Of a stretch of DNA of 64,000 nucleotides, positions 23,500-36,344 are shown piece by piece. The position numbers and the translations under genes are program-made. The notes under the pieces are model-generated. The model searched no databases. It was not told where the DNA came from and saw only the letters and a program-made list of their open reading frames with translations. This DNA comes from Gekko japonicus. Taxonomy: Eukaryota. Numbering within the stretch: position 1 is the stretch's first letter; each line of letters opens with the position of its first letter. The DNA lies in NCBI RefSeq assembly GCF_001447785.1, contig NW_015161427.1, positions 372,124-436,123 of the forward strand. The letters run 5' to 3'.

Positions 23500-23948
23500 T
23501 CACCAGGATGGGGAGAGGGTTGGAATCCAAGTCTTAGGAGGAAAGGCTGAAAGAGTTGGGTCTGTTTAGCCTGGGAAAGAGAAGGCTTATTAGAGGGGAC
23601 ACGATTGCAGTCTTCCAAGTATCTGAAGGGCTGTCATGTAGAAGATGGAGCAGATCTATTCTCTCTTGCTCCGGATTGCAAGACTAGATGTAATGGGTGG
23701 GAATGACAAGGGAGTTGATACCGGCTAAATAACCGGAGAGACTTCCTCACTGTCAGAGTGGTTGAGCAGTGGAACAATCTGCCTCCGGAGGTGGGGGAGG
23801 CTCCTTCGCTGGATGTTTTCAAGCGGAGGCTGGATGAGTATCTTCCGGGTATGTTGTAGGGCTGTCTTTCGGCTCTGCTCCTGCAGAGTGCAGGGGGTTG
23901 GACTAGATGACCAGCAAGGTCCCTTCCAACTCTAACATTCTATGATTC
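23500..23948 (+). mobile_element. CR1 3' fragment of a different subfamily, inserted in an L2 remnant (about 23360-24100)
   Basis: gaggaaaggctgaaagagttgggtctgtttagcctgg...ggttggactagatgacc...ggtcccttccaactctaacattctatgattc, a classic CR1 tail. Confidence 0.88.
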
Positions 23949-25179
23949 ACCGGAGCAAAGCCTTCTGAGGGTGCCCCCTGCCAACCGCCCATTCATGCCC
24001 ATCCTCTGTTCTTCCTCGGGGAACTGGCCGGGAAGCCCCCCCCCCCTTGCCTTTCACAGAATGTGCAAAACAGAATTGTTCAGGAGGGCATTTTCATGCA
24101 GGGATTAGAACCGGAGCAGAATGCAACCATTTCGGAGGGGCTCTTTTATAATGGAATTAGGATCGGAGTCCACTGGAATGATTATTCCAGGTGTCAGCTT
24201 GCTTCACTGCATTGTCTCTGTACCCTGCTTAGGCAGTCTGCGGTTTGCATTGCCTTCGACTTCTGTAATCGTAGCCCAACTGCATTGCTCGTCGGATGTT
24301 CCAGGCTATATGACTACTTTTATTTATTCCTTTAATTACACTTATTTATAGCCTGCCTTTCTCTCTGAGCCTCAAGGCAGGTTTCTGGAGTACACAGAGA
24401 AAAAAGAAGTAATTGTACAGTACAGGACGTTGGGTAACTCATGCAAGAGGAGCCGGGAGTACGGCACAAAACAGAGTGAGGCGTCACGTGGCCACGCAGT
24501 ACAAGCCGTGCAATAAACTATCTGACTGAACAACAACACGATGGGGCTGGGAATGCAGCCTGAACGGCTGGCTGCCTTCGGTTGCGGCAAGAAACTTTGT
24601 TGGCCTTAAAGGTGCCACAGGACTCAGAGCTTGGTTCAAAGGAGTAAGCAAAGAGCGTTGTACATCAGGCTCTTTTAAGGAATGCAGCATTTTGTTGTTG
24701 TGTTTTTCCCTGTTTCAATATTCTTCTGCCTTGCTGCCCCTTGGTTTTGAGCTGCCTCTTGGGAAAGGTTAGATCAAAACGTTCTCAAGAAACGCCTGGA
24801 GTCTAAGGAGGGCAGGTACACGCGACCAGAAGGCACCAGTGTCAGGAAGGGGTGGCCAGCCAGTTCCCCCCCTAACGACCTCTCCTGTCCTGCTACACCC
24901 AGAAGCTGGGAGAGAAAAGGGGGCTGGCCAAGAGCAACTTCTGGGGCCACCACAGGCCAGGTGCAGCGAAGGGGAGCCAAGCACCTCTGGACGGCAGGCC
25001 CCACAGTGTCCAGGCAGAGAGCGCAGCCAGAGAGGGCACCAGCCCCGTCCAGAGAGGCCGCCCGCTCCTCCTCGCCCATCTGCTCGGGGCCCCCCAGGGG
25101 GACTACTGCAGGGGATGGTGGCGCCACATGGGCAGGGCAGGGCCCCCTCCCAGCTCTGCTTGAGGCTTAGGCAAAGGGG

Positions 25180-26420
25180 TCAGGCTAGATGGCCTCACGG
25201 GTCCCCTTCCCACTCCTAGATCGCGGTACTAACGAAAGATGCCAAGGGCGACCGTGGGGGAGGGGGGGTGGCACCTTCATGCTGTCCCGTCCCCGTGCAG
25301 TGCCGAGCACGCCAGGGTCGGAGGAGCTGCTCCCTTCCCCGCCGAGGCCGCCTGGAAAGGCAGGATCCAGTCCCCGCTCAGGGCCACGGGAGGCCGGCGG
25401 GTGTCCTGACTCGCAGCGGCGCCTACCTGGCAGGGCGGTTGTTCGAGCGGGGGGGGGGGGAAGGACGAGCAGGAAGGGACCTCGCTGGAACCGCTCCGCC
25501 GCCGCCGCCGCCCCCCTCCCCGTCCCCGTCCCGGCGCGCCCGCTCACCGTAGCCCAGGCTCAGCCGCGGGCCGCTCTCCTCCTCCTCCGCCGCCGCCGCC
25601 GCCGCGGCNNNNNNNNNNNNNNNNNNNNNNNNNNNNNNNNNNNNNNNNNNNNNNNNNNNNNNNNNNNNNNNNNNNNNNNNNNNNNNNNNNNNNNNNNNNN
25701 NNNNNNNNNNNNNNNNNNNNNNNNNNNNNNNNNNNNNNNNNNNNNNNNNNNNNNNNNNNNNNNNNNNNNNNNNNNNNNNNNNNNNNNNNNNNNNNNNNNN
25801 NNNNNNNNNNNNNNNNNNNNNNNNNNNNNNNNNNNNNNNNNNNNNNNNNNNNNNNNNNNNNNNNNNNNNNNNNNNNNNNNNNNNNNNNNNNNNNNNNNNN
25901 NNNNNNNNNNNNNNNNNNNNNNNNNNNNNNNNNNNNNNNNNNNNNNNNNNNNNNNNNNNNNNNNNNNNNNNNNNNNNNNNNNNNNNNNNNNNNNNNNNNN
26001 NNNNNNNNNNNNNNNNNNNNNNNNNNNNNNNNNNNNNNNNNNNNNNNNNNNNNNNNNNNNNNNNNNNNNNNNNNNNNNNNNNNNNNNNNNNNNNNNNNNN
26101 NNNNNNNNNNNNNNNNNNNNNNNNNNNNNNNNNNNNNNNNNNNNNNNNNNNNNNNNNNNNNNNNNNNNNNNNNNNNNNNNNNNNNNNNNNNNNNNNNNNN
26201 NNNNNNNNNNNNNNNNNNNNNNNNNNNNNNNNNNNNNNNNNNNNNNNNNNNNNNNNNNNNNNNNNNNNNNNNNNNNNNNNNNNNNNNNNNNNNNNNNNNN
26301 NNNNNNNNNNNNNNNNNNNNNNNNNNNNNNNNNNNNNNNNNNNNNNNNNNNNNNNNNNNNNNNNNNNNNNNNNNNNCCCCGCGCAGCAAAACCCAGGCCG
26401 GAAGAAGTCCCCCCTTCCTG
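25180..26420 (-). promoter_or_regulatory. SEMA4B CpG island and probable promoter (largely in the N-gap)
   Basis: High CpG density and (gcc)n around coding exon 1. Confidence 0.65.
25548..25608 (-). CDS. SEMA4B: SEMA4B coding exon 1, 3' part only (start codon and signal peptide fall in the N-gap)
   Basis: ...AAAAEEEESGPRLSLGY G|gtgagc; phase-1 donor fits exon 2; PRxSL motif is typical of the class-4 semaphorin N-terminus; CpG island context. Confidence 0.8.
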
Positions 26421-27114
26421 CCGTCCTTCTCCCCACCCCCCATACCTGCAGCAGCCAGAGTGAGGGGCCAGGACCTGGGAGCCCCACCTTCTGAACCCCG
26501 AAGCTGGCTGTCGGGATCCAGGCCTCCCAGCAGTCTTCCATGGCAGAGTGGGGCCCAGGGGCCCTAGCAGGACACTGCAGCCACTCCTAGGCAGAGCAGC
26601 TGTAGACCACCATAGTTTCCGGTGGGTCGGTCGCCCTGTTGGCCTGAAGGGAAAGAACACAGGTTGCGTCCAGGGGCACCTTTAAGGCCAGGGGTGCCCA
26701 GGAAAGCTGCCGCCTAGAATTAAACTTTGCTGGTCTCAAAGGTGCCCCTGGACTCAGCCCTTGTCTTCTTGACCGTTATGGCAGCATCAGGGGTCATTTA
26801 CTGCTGAAGCGCTCCAGCAGGAAGGAGCCCAGGCCCCGCCCCCTTGCCCGTGGAGACACTGGGGGGGGGGGATTTAAAGGCCTGGGTTCCCTGCCCGATC
26901 TGTGGGGTTTTTTTGTCCAGCCTAGTGAATAAACAGGGCCATGCTGTCTTCACGCTATGGAAGCCAGAGGAGAGGGGAATGGGTTTCCTACCCGTCACTG
27001 TGTGAGCCAGCTGTGCATTCACACCACTGGCCTTTGCACTTGTGCACAGCAATGGCGTGGGAACTTCTAGAGCTAGACTAGTTACTGGACAGAATCAAGG
27101 ATTTCAGTCTTGTT

Positions 27115-27205
27115 GCCTTGACCTAGGCCAGGCAAGCCTGATCTCATCAGATCTCAGAAGCTAAGCAGGGTCGGCCCTGGTTAGTTCTTGGATGGGAGAC
27201 CAAAG
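27115..27205 (+). mobile_element. 5S rRNA-derived SINE head (not a functional 5S gene)
   Basis: gcctgatctcatcagatctcagaagctaagcagggtcggccctggttagttcttggatgggagacc matches the central part of 5S rRNA; 5' and 3' ends are non-5S. Confidence 0.85.
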
Positions 27206-27664
27206 CCCCGTGCAACCTGACGGCCCTTCCCCCCCCCACCACCCCCAAACTGTAGAGGACTCACTGGTCTTCTACGTAGTAGGATGGGTATCCTGGAGAG
27301 ACTGGCCGGACTGACTGCCAACCAGCTATGGTCTACACTGAGCATTAGCATGCGACGGATGAGCTGCAGAGCCAGTTGATCCATCGTGTGCACCGCATCA
27401 GTTGTCTCAGTCAGTGAGCTGCCAGGGAGAGGGTGCTGCGGATGCAGCAGGACAAGATGGTGGCCTGGGGAGTTGAAGGTGGAGTCTTCTCCAGCTGCCC
27501 TTCCAAAAACAACATATGTCAGTAGTTAATTAATTATCGTAAGGTGATGGGTGTAGTATAGCCAGGAGATCCTAACATTGTCTGGCAGCAAAAAGTTCTA
27601 ACTCTTTTTAGCATTACGCATTACTAGGTGGCAAACTAGAGTTGTTTTTTAAGACTTAGAGACA

Positions 27665-27815
27665 ATTCAGAGGTGGTTCGCCATTGCCTGCTTCTGTGTT
27701 GCAGCCCTGGTATTCCTTGGAGGTCTCCCCATCCAAATACTAGCCAGGGCCGACCTCGCTTAGCTTCCGAGATCTGACGGGATCAGGCTAGCCTGGGCTA
27801 TCCAGGTCGGGGAGG
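27665..27815 (-). mobile_element. 5S rRNA-derived SINE
   Basis: Reverse-complement 5S core plus body ending gcaggcaatggcgaaccacctctg. Confidence 0.85.
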
Positions 27816-29463
27816 GTAACATCTGTCGGTATATAGCGACGGAGTTAGAGGCACCCTGCGAATAAGCGTCTCCAAAGCAGGCTCCGGCTTGAGCAGAAAC
27901 GCCAACAGCTCTGAGCTGAGGGCAAGAGTTGGAATTTCCACACAGCCTCCCAGGACTGAAGGAGGACCAGTTGAGCGATGTGGTCAGTCTTCTGTCTTGG
28001 GTTTTTCTTTGTCTTATGAGTGGCAGAAGACTTTGCCCTCTTGTCTTCAGTTTCGAACAGGGCAGAGCCTCCAACACGATTCCTTCAGCACCAGAGGTTC
28101 CCTCCACACCAGTCTGGAGGAATGAGAAACGGTCGCTTCTGCCAGACCCTGAGGAGTGGAGAGGGCCTTCCACCCGACCGCAAACAGTTGCTGGTTTGCT
28201 CTCACTGGCTTCTAGAAGCACCATCCATCAGTGGGAGCGGATGGGCTTCTCCCCGGGGGCATCAGGCATACATCATGGCCATCTGCAGAGGGAATGATTC
28301 CTCTACGGGATGGATCTATGCATTTTAAAAATAACGGGCTGCACCATAAGTGCGAGGCACACCCAGGCTAACAAAGCGCTGCAACTCATTGACTATACTG
28401 GGAATAAGAAACTCGCCATGGAGAAGTACATGCAAGAAGACAATAGGCAAATCGAAAGAAGCTGTGAGGCACAGATCGGCTCCAGGGAAGAATTCTCCTG
28501 GGAAAAGTTCCCCCGTGTCGAGGCTGCTGCGATGGACTCAAGAACCGAGCGGGAGGCACAATTCTGCCCCCTTTACACATGTGCAGGCCAAAGCTGCGTT
28601 TCTGGGGGAGGGGGGTGTCCCGCCTAAAATCTAGCTCTAGACATTTCCCAAGTGCTGCGGTGTGCATCCTCTCTGCGAAAGGCACAGAGATACCACGAAG
28701 AAGTAACCAGGCCTGTCCCTGGCACAAACCCCTGTAGAAAAGTAAACACGGGCGAAGACAGACAGGAAACAAGTAAAAACCAACCCAGTTTGGGTAGAGT
28801 TCGTCATCTGACCCACGGAATGTGGGAGGCTCCCTCCGTGAACTTGGTGACTGTTTCTGCTGGCTGACTAGTATTTCCTCTTCGAAGTATGGTACTGGGG
28901 CAATCTTTGTGCCTGACCCAGTTTCTTCAAGGTCAGGCCATCTCATGTTTCCAGTCACATCCTGACAAAAGAAAAGAGGTTCCTAAGCCCTACGCCTATA
29001 GCACCCTACTAAAACAATGCTTAAGTTTCTTCTACATGTCAGATTTTTGCAGTCTGAGCAATAAATGAGTGATAGAACTCGGTGTTTATCCAGGCCTAGG
29101 CCAGCATCGTAAATCATTACACCACAGCTAGTCACTGTCAGGGTTCGGCCTAACAAGTCCTCTCCGGAAGGTAGGGAGGTTGTGGCGACAACCCAGGACT
29201 TGGAGAGGCCACCTGCTGAGGTGGCCACAGCTCATGGACAGGAGGCCACAGAAGAGCTCCTCAACAAAACCCACCCTTTGCCAGGGAGTCAGTGGGCACC
29301 CCCGGAGCCCTGGGGTAAAGGCTCAGGTCTGGTGGCAGATTGCCCAGTTGGCTGCCTGGGACCTCTCCTCCCACGAGGCTTGCAGTTTGCAGGATACTGG
29401 ACTAAGCCCATCTGTAAGTGCCTGCAGGATTCTGGCCTTGGTGATGGCTGCATGCGCTCTCGC

Positions 29464-29660
29464 CGATGCTCCCTCTAAGCTGCGGGGTCTTGTGAGCAAG
29501 AATTCTACTTTGTGAGCTACTGGCATTAGAGTTGTGAGCAGGCGATTTCTGCATAAATTAGTTTGCTCTGGAGCCCTCCTTCCTGAGCTAAGACAAAAAT
29601 GGGTGAGCTGGAGGCTAAAAAACTGTGAGCTAGCTCACACTCAGCTTAGAGGGAACAGTG
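29464..29660. mobile_element. hAT-type MITE copy
   Basis: Both TIRs and family internal sequence. Confidence 0.9.
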
Positions 29661-29984
29661 GGCCACCTCTTGCCCACCCTAAGCAGCTTCAGTCCTCCCT
29701 GGGTGATGGGGGAGGGGGTCAACAATGCCCGCCGGACCTTGCTGCGGCCTGAGGTGGAAGTGCTTGGAGCACGGTCACCTCCATTTGCAATGTCATAACT
29801 TGAAGAAACACAAACTTCTTACGTTTATTCCAATACTAGCTTCCACAAGCGCTAACTGCGTCAGATGCCGCAATCTAGTAGGCTGATCTATGTATGCAAC
29901 AGGCAGGTGTGTGTGTGTGTAGGGGGTGCGTACGTTACAAAGAGAGGCCCGTTCAAAACAAGATCCAAACCAGACAGTAAACAG

Positions 29985-30155
29985 ATTCAGGTGGTGGTGG
30001 GGGGGTCGCCCTGTTGGTCTGAAGCAGCAGAACCAAGTTTGAATCCAGGCAGGCACCTTTAAGACCAACCGAGTTATATGCAAGGTGCGTGCACAGGAAG
30101 GCTTACACCCTGAATCAAACTTTGTTGGCCTTAAAGGTGCCCCTGGACTCAGAGC
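29985..30155. mobile_element. Penelope-like terminal fragment
   Basis: ctgttggtctgaagcagcagaac...gcacctttaagaccaac...gttggccttaaaggtgc. Confidence 0.7.
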
Positions 30156-30944
30156 AATCACTCAGTTCCCTTGGAATGGGTGTGTGACACTCCCAACTAT
30201 TGTTTTTCTTTAAGAGATAACATGTAAAGGTGCATGTGGGATGAAATGAGATAAGCAGATAAGGCAGAAAGTTACAGAGGAACAGCTGAAGTCATGAGCA
30301 CCTGCAGGGGGTGAGAGGTGCAGGAAATTAGCATCTAAAACGAGCTCCTTCCAGAGTGAATTTGTTAAGGGATTCTAAGTCAGCAAGTTCCCCCTCCATT
30401 TTGAAGTCCTTCTGGCAAAGAAGAGTGACTTTAAGACCCCCTGGTTCCTCGGCACTGTCATATGACGCATGCCCACACTCAGGGGACAGGGTGCGTGAGG
30501 CGGCCTCCTGGGGTGTGGGCTCAGAATGCACATGGGTGGGAACTCTGGTGACGGGAACTGAAGGGAAGGAGCCCTTGGCACAGTAACGGGTGACCCTGGC
30601 CGCTGGTACAGCACACTCTTCGGAATCTGGCTGTGCTCCAGACCCAGGCACCCGGCTCCTCTGGGCCTCTGAGCTCACCCCAATCGCTGGCCAAGGCACA
30701 TCTGTGGGTAAACATCTGTCGCTCTCTGCCAACTGCTCCAAAGGGATGCAGGTGAAAGGGTTCTTCATGAACACCCCCCCCCCAATACCCCCACACACCC
30801 ATTTTCATGCTGTTGGGCTACTAGATCAGGGAGGAATAAAACCTCAAGTCTTATCAAGTTCGACTAATCTGGTGTTGGCCATCCTCCTCCACACCCCTTT
30901 CTCCTGGTACGAGCAAATGTCCAGCATGGGCTGTGTGTGTCCCT

Positions 30945-31157
30945 ACTCCTCCTCCACTCGCAGCTGCTGGGTGACCTTGGGCAAGCCGTAGTTCTGACAA
31001 GAGCTGTCCTTGAAAAAGAGCCGTTTCTGTCAGAGCGCTCTCAGCCCCACCGGCCTCACAGTGTGTCTGTGGTGGGGAGGGGAAGGGAAAAGGAGTTTGT
31101 CAGCCGCTCTGAGACTCCTTTGGGTAGTGAAGGGCCATGGGGTATACATCCAGTCTC
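30945..31157 (+). mobile_element. Squam3-like SINE, 5'-truncated
   Basis: Body and tail match the other copies. Confidence 0.8.
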
Positions 31158-31364
31158 CAGTGTTCCCTCTAAGCTGAGTTAGTGTGAGCTAGCTCACAGT
31201 TTTTTAGCCTCTGGCTCACAGATTTTTTTCTCAGCTCAGGAAGGGTGGCTCCAGAGCACACTGATTTAATGCAGTAGCCAAATTGCCTGCTCAGAACTTT
31301 AATGTCGGTAGCTCACAAAGTAGAATTTTTGCTCACAAGGCTCCACAGCTTAGAGGGAACATTG
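31158..31364. mobile_element. hAT-type MITE copy inserted in a SINE tail
   Basis: Both TIRs; the SINE tail (ctc)n resumes after it. Confidence 0.9.
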
Positions 31365-32069
31365 CTGGCAGTCTCCTCCTCCTCCTCCAACGTGAAAATG
31401 ATCATAGGCTGGATCTGCGTTTGTCCACGAAGGCTGGTTCCTCATGATCTGACGGGGCTGGAAACAAGAGGGCCCTGTAGTGGTCTCCTCGTGACCCGCT
31501 AAAGCGGTGGGTCCTCAACAGGGCGCCCGCTTCCTCAGTTTGCCCCCAGAGCAAAGAGCCGGGGCCGTCTCCCCTCCACCCCACCGAGGCTGCAGGTGTT
31601 TCAAGAGGAGGGCCCAGGAGGCACCACGCACCTGTCCGCAGAGGCCACCTGTTTGGAAACTGCCACTTCCGGAAACCTCCCCAATATTTCGGCCACAGCC
31701 CCCCACCCCCAGCGGTCGTCGTTTTGTGGCAAGGTCCCACCTAGTTCTGTCAAAATTAAAGTGCCCCCAGCTCAACCAGGTTGGAGACCCACGTAGGAAA
31801 GGCGCAGCTGGTAGTATCCTGTCTCCCCGTTTGCAAGGAAAGGAACCAGATTAAAAGATGAGTCCAGCTGAGGAGTCAACACATCCGAAGGGATTCCAGA
31901 ACGCCCTTGTGGATCTTGAGAACCAGGATGGCCCCGGCAGGCGCTCGGAATGAGAGGTGAGGAAAAGTTGTGGAGGTACTCCCTGCATCCCTCTCCGCTC
32001 CTCAGACAGGGCCCTGCATCCCAGCTTTACGGAGGAGTGGAAGGCACTTAAGATGGTAAGGGTGACCTC

Positions 32070-32820
32070 TAGAGCATTGTTGGTGGAAAGACCAGAATTG
32101 CACTCAGTGTTCCAAATGAAATTGCGTCATCTGTCTGTTCAAGAGCATTACAATATCGGCTGTTCCGTTTTCAGGCCCTTTCCTAATAATCCCCCAGCAT
32201 GCAGTTTGCACTTTTCACCAGAGCTGCATGCTGGATTGACATTTTCGTGGTGCTGCCCGCTACAACGCCAAGAACCCTTTCCCTCCCACTGTCAAACAGT
32301 TCGGGCATTGCCTTCCAGCGTACATCACCTTACACCTTCCCACGCTGAACTTCATCTGCCGCGCTGTTGCCCACCCGATTCAGAGAGATCCTCCAAGAAC
32401 TCCTCCTAACCCTACGGGCTTCTCACCAGTTTGGTATAACCTGCAAACTTGCCTGCTACGCTGCTCGCCCCCAATTCCAGATAATTCATGAAGAAATTAA
32501 ATCATGATGGTCCCAATACCTGATCCTTGCGGGGCCTTCGCTGCTCACTTCATTTATTCTTCCTCTAGGCTTCCTGTCAATTAACCAACTTTTAAACCAT
32601 AAGAGGACTCCTGTCCCATGACTGCTAGAGTCTTTGGTGAGGCACCTTGTCAAAAACTTGGAATTCCAAGTATACGATGTCTACTGGATCACCCCTACCC
32701 ACATGCTTGATAACCTCCTCCAAGGACCCACATAGGTTGGTGAAGCTGGACTTCCCTTTGCAGAAGCCACGCTGCTGCTTCTCCCTCAGCAGGCCTTATC
32801 CATCGACGTGCCTAATAAGT
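32070..32820 (-). mobile_element. Old CR1 ORF2 fragment
   Basis: Degenerate RT motifs on the minus strand (gacatcgtatacttggaattccaagtttttgacaaggtgcctcacca, about DIVYLDFQKAFDKVPH). Confidence 0.75.
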
Positions 32821-33759
32821 ACACGGGAGGCCAAGGAACAGATCAAAGCCCAGACCAACGGGAAAGCTACGGAAAGGGCCGTGCAAATGCCCAGTTGTGC
32901 AACCGGTGGGCTTCCATGCCCTCCCTTTCTGGGGTGGGTGGGGGGGCTGCTGGCAGTTCTGCTTCAGCTCCCGAGAGAGACGGAGAGGGCAGCTCAGCAA
33001 GCCCCCCATGGCCCGGTGGATCAGGTCCAGAGGGCCTCCCCCAATTCTCACCTCAGACTTTATTCTCACCCCTGCTCAGCTTCAGCTTCCCTGCTTGGAG
33101 AAGCAACAACCACCTGCACAGAGGCAGAGAGGAACCAAGGCTGGCCCTTCTGTCTCCCCCCCCCCCCATGCCTGTTCTCTGGGGTGGAGAGGGGAGAGGA
33201 GAGCCCGCCACAGAGTCCAGGGACAGGCAGCCATCCAAGGGTTACCACAGCAACCTGCTATTCGTGAGGGACCCTTCTTTTGCCATGGCAACGGGAGCAG
33301 GAGAGAATGGCCCGGGCCTGCGGAGGTCAAGGAAACCGGGTCACTGGACAGGGATGCCTGATGGGGGGCGGGGGGCCAGAGGAACAGCCCAGCAGAATGG
33401 GCCAGTCTCACCAGCAGGGAGTGGAGGGGGCTCCGGACAGGCGCCGGTGGATCCTTGGGCAACCCCCTCCCCAGCCCCCCCACCCAGACTGGAATCCTCC
33501 CAGCACTGGCCAGAGAGCCCAGCTTGGCAGGGCTGGGGAGGGGAGGGGGGCCCCCAACATACCTTTGCGGTGACAGGAAGGGGCAGCCCAGCCTGGCGCT
33601 GGAACACTGCGAAGGCTTCGGCAGCAAGTCACTTGGCGGCCCTGTCCAGACCCTCCCCTGGAATGCGGACGGGGAAAAGGGTCTGTAGCTGCTGCTGGGG
33701 TGGAGGGGATGTGAGACGGGCAGAGGCAAAGGCCCACCTCTCTTGGGAAGCAGCAGCAG

Positions 33760-34060
33760 CAAGAAGAGGAAGAAGAGGAGGAGGAGGAGATTGGATTTAT
33801 ACTCCGCCCTTCACCACCCGAAGGTGTCTCAGAGCGGCTCACAAACTCCTTCCCCTTCCCCTCCCCACAACAGACACCCTGTGAAGTAGGTGGGGCTGAG
33901 AGAACTCTTGACAGAGACTGCTCTTTTTCAAGGACAGCTCTTATCAGAACCATGGCTTGCCCAAGGTCATCCAGCCAGGCGCAAGTGGGGGAGGAGTGGG
34001 GAATCAAACCCGGCTCTCCCAGACTAGAGTCCCCTGCGCACTGAACCATGACACCAACCT
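33760..34060 (-). mobile_element. Squam3-like SINE
   Basis: tRNA head, body, (ctc/ctt)n tail. Confidence 0.85.
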
Positions 34061-35368
34061 GGTGGGCAGGCGGGCACCTGATTTAGTCTTCCCTGGGGAC
34101 AAAGCGCATGGTTTGGCAACAGGGGATTTCCCACTCTACCTTCCTCATGGACCAACTGCTACCCTCGGGGGGGGGGGGGAGGATTTTTCCATCAGGAAAA
34201 CAATGGCGGGGACAGTTCACCCTTCCCCAGCACTGCAGCCCCGATCCGTGTCGCCCTCCTGTGCCAAACACATCCAGAGTCCCAGTCCCTGAACTTTAGC
34301 GTCCCCAGGAGTGTGGTCTAAGACGCCTCCAAAGGAAAGCTCTCTCTCTCCAGACCCAAAGAGGGCAAATGGGCAGCGCGGTCACTGTCTCTTGGACACC
34401 CCCTGGGCTGGCAACGGAGCGCCTTATCAAAACCAGCCGCACCCCCAGGAAAGGCCCAGGAGCCCCCCCTCCCCCATGCTTCACTTCAGTTCTGCTTTTT
34501 TAGATTTCTGGTTGGGTGTAAACTTCTACACTCCTAGTCCTATTTCATTGCTTATTGAATGACCCGTTTTGTAGATTATATCGATTCATTCCATGTAATC
34601 TGCCTTGAGTCCATGTGAGAAAGGTGGACTCTAAGTAACATAAATAATAATATGAATCCCACTCGACAGGCACACCACTGGTTAGTCAGTCAGTTTCCGG
34701 GCTCAATTCAAGGTTCTGAGCCTCACCTACAAAGCCCCTAATGGCACTGAACCCAGCTACCTGGCGGACCACCTCGAGTCCTAATATGTATTGGGTTAAA
34801 TGTGTAAAAAATATCATTTGCTTTGGAACCACAGAAGCCTTACGCCGTATCCCTGATCGTTTCCCAGTTAAGGGGAAAATGCTGCTCAAACAGATGGCAA
34901 AGATGATCTGACTCCAATGGTAACAAGAGAAATTTTCCTTACATAAATAGAAGCAGATCTTACATGACATATTCATGTAGGAACATCGGTTAACTTGTTG
35001 TGAACAGATTAACTTCAAAAAGATTAACTCGCTGCATCTCCAAGCCCAGGGCCAAGGAGGCTTAGGATCTTAACCAACTGGGGGGGGGGGGCGCGGGGGA
35101 GTGCCAAGTTTACCCAGTGAGAGAATTCTCTTAACCCTTTCCCTTCCAGATCCTCTTGCATGCAGAGTTACAATATCCAGCCTTCTGAAGGTGCCACCGA
35201 GCAATCCTCTGTGGTGGCCCCCACAGGAGGGAACAGTCTGCCCTGAGGCTGTTCGGAAGGGCCCCACATTTCTCCATTTCACAGAGTGCGAAAAACAGAA
35301 CTGTTCAGGACGGTATTCTTGAATCGGGACCTGGGCTCTGATGTGATGGATCAGCTCAAGGTACATTG

Positions 35369-35587
35369 AGAGCCAGCTGTGGTGTCGTGGCTAAGAGTGG
35401 TGGACTCTAATCTGGAGAGCCGGGTTTGATTCCCGACTCCTCCTCCTCTTCCACGTGCAGCCAGCTGGGTGACCTTGGGCCAGTCCCAGTTCTCTCAGAA
35501 CTTTCTCAGCCCCACCTGCCTCACAGGGTGTCTGTTGTGGAGAGAGGAAGGGTGGGAAGGAGCTCGTAAGCCGCTCTGAGACTCCTT
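35369..35587 (+). mobile_element. Squam3-like SINE, shorter subfamily
   Basis: gagagccagctgtggtgtcgtggctaag...gggtttgattccc...taagccgctctgagactcc. Confidence 0.85.
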
Positions 35588-35999
35588 AAAAAGCGACTCT
35601 TCTCCTTTACTAGGAATCTTGCTGAAAGACGCAGATGTTATCATATTTTGCCATCCAGGAGGCCTGCATCTGTAAGCAGAAGAGGAAATTACACGCTACA
35701 TCAGCAAGCACCTGTCATAACCACAACAAGAGCAGCTAAGTGAGCGATCACAACCTGCACCACCCTCTTTTTCAACAGTGCAGGAGAAGCAGAAACCGTT
35801 GGCCCCTCCCTGGAACAGCCACCATTTCCACACTGTGTCTTTTGGACTGAACGGGGCTGGAACGACCTTTTAGAGACTGGTGCCCTTGCTGAAATGTACT
35901 TTATTTTAAAAATCTATAATAAATAGTACCAGTCTGTCTAGGATCTTCAGCTGGCCATGGATGGAAGCCTACAGCATCTTTGCTGAGTCTTCCAGGAAG

Positions 36000-36286
36000 G
36001 AGGAGGAGGAGGAGGAGGAGATTGGATTTATGCCCCTAGCCCTTCACTACCCAAAGGAGTCTCAGAGCGGCTCACAAACTCCTTTCCCTTCCCCTCCCCA
36101 CAACAGACACCCTGTGAGGTAGGTGGAGCTGAGAGAGCTCTTGACAGAAAGTGCCCTTTTTCAAGAACAGCTCTTATCAAAACTACAGCTTGCCCAAGGT
36201 CACCCAGCAGCTGCAAGTGGAGGAGTGGGGACTCAAACCTGGTTCTCCCAGATTAGAGTCCGTGCACTTCACCACGACACCAAACT
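36000..36286 (-). mobile_element. Squam3-like SINE
   Basis: tRNA head, body, (ctc)n tail. Confidence 0.85.
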
Positions 36287-36344
36287 GATTAAGTGGGACT
36301 CCAGGCGAATCCCAAGAAATAGGTGCCGGATTGGAAACAGAGAA

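Noticed and set aside
27115-27205. 5S rRNA gene
   Set aside because: Only the central ~65 nt match and the ends belong to a SINE; three dispersed diverged copies occur
30328-30798. 156-aa minus-strand ORF with protein-like composition
   Set aside because: No recognisable homology, several overlapping frames are equally open, and no phase-consistent neighbouring exons
35285-35671. Two + strand exon-like segments (VRKTELFRTVFLNRDLGSDVMDQLK; ILLKDADVIIFCHPGGLH)
   Set aside because: Their phases are incompatible, since joining them gives an immediate TGA, and neither matches a protein I know
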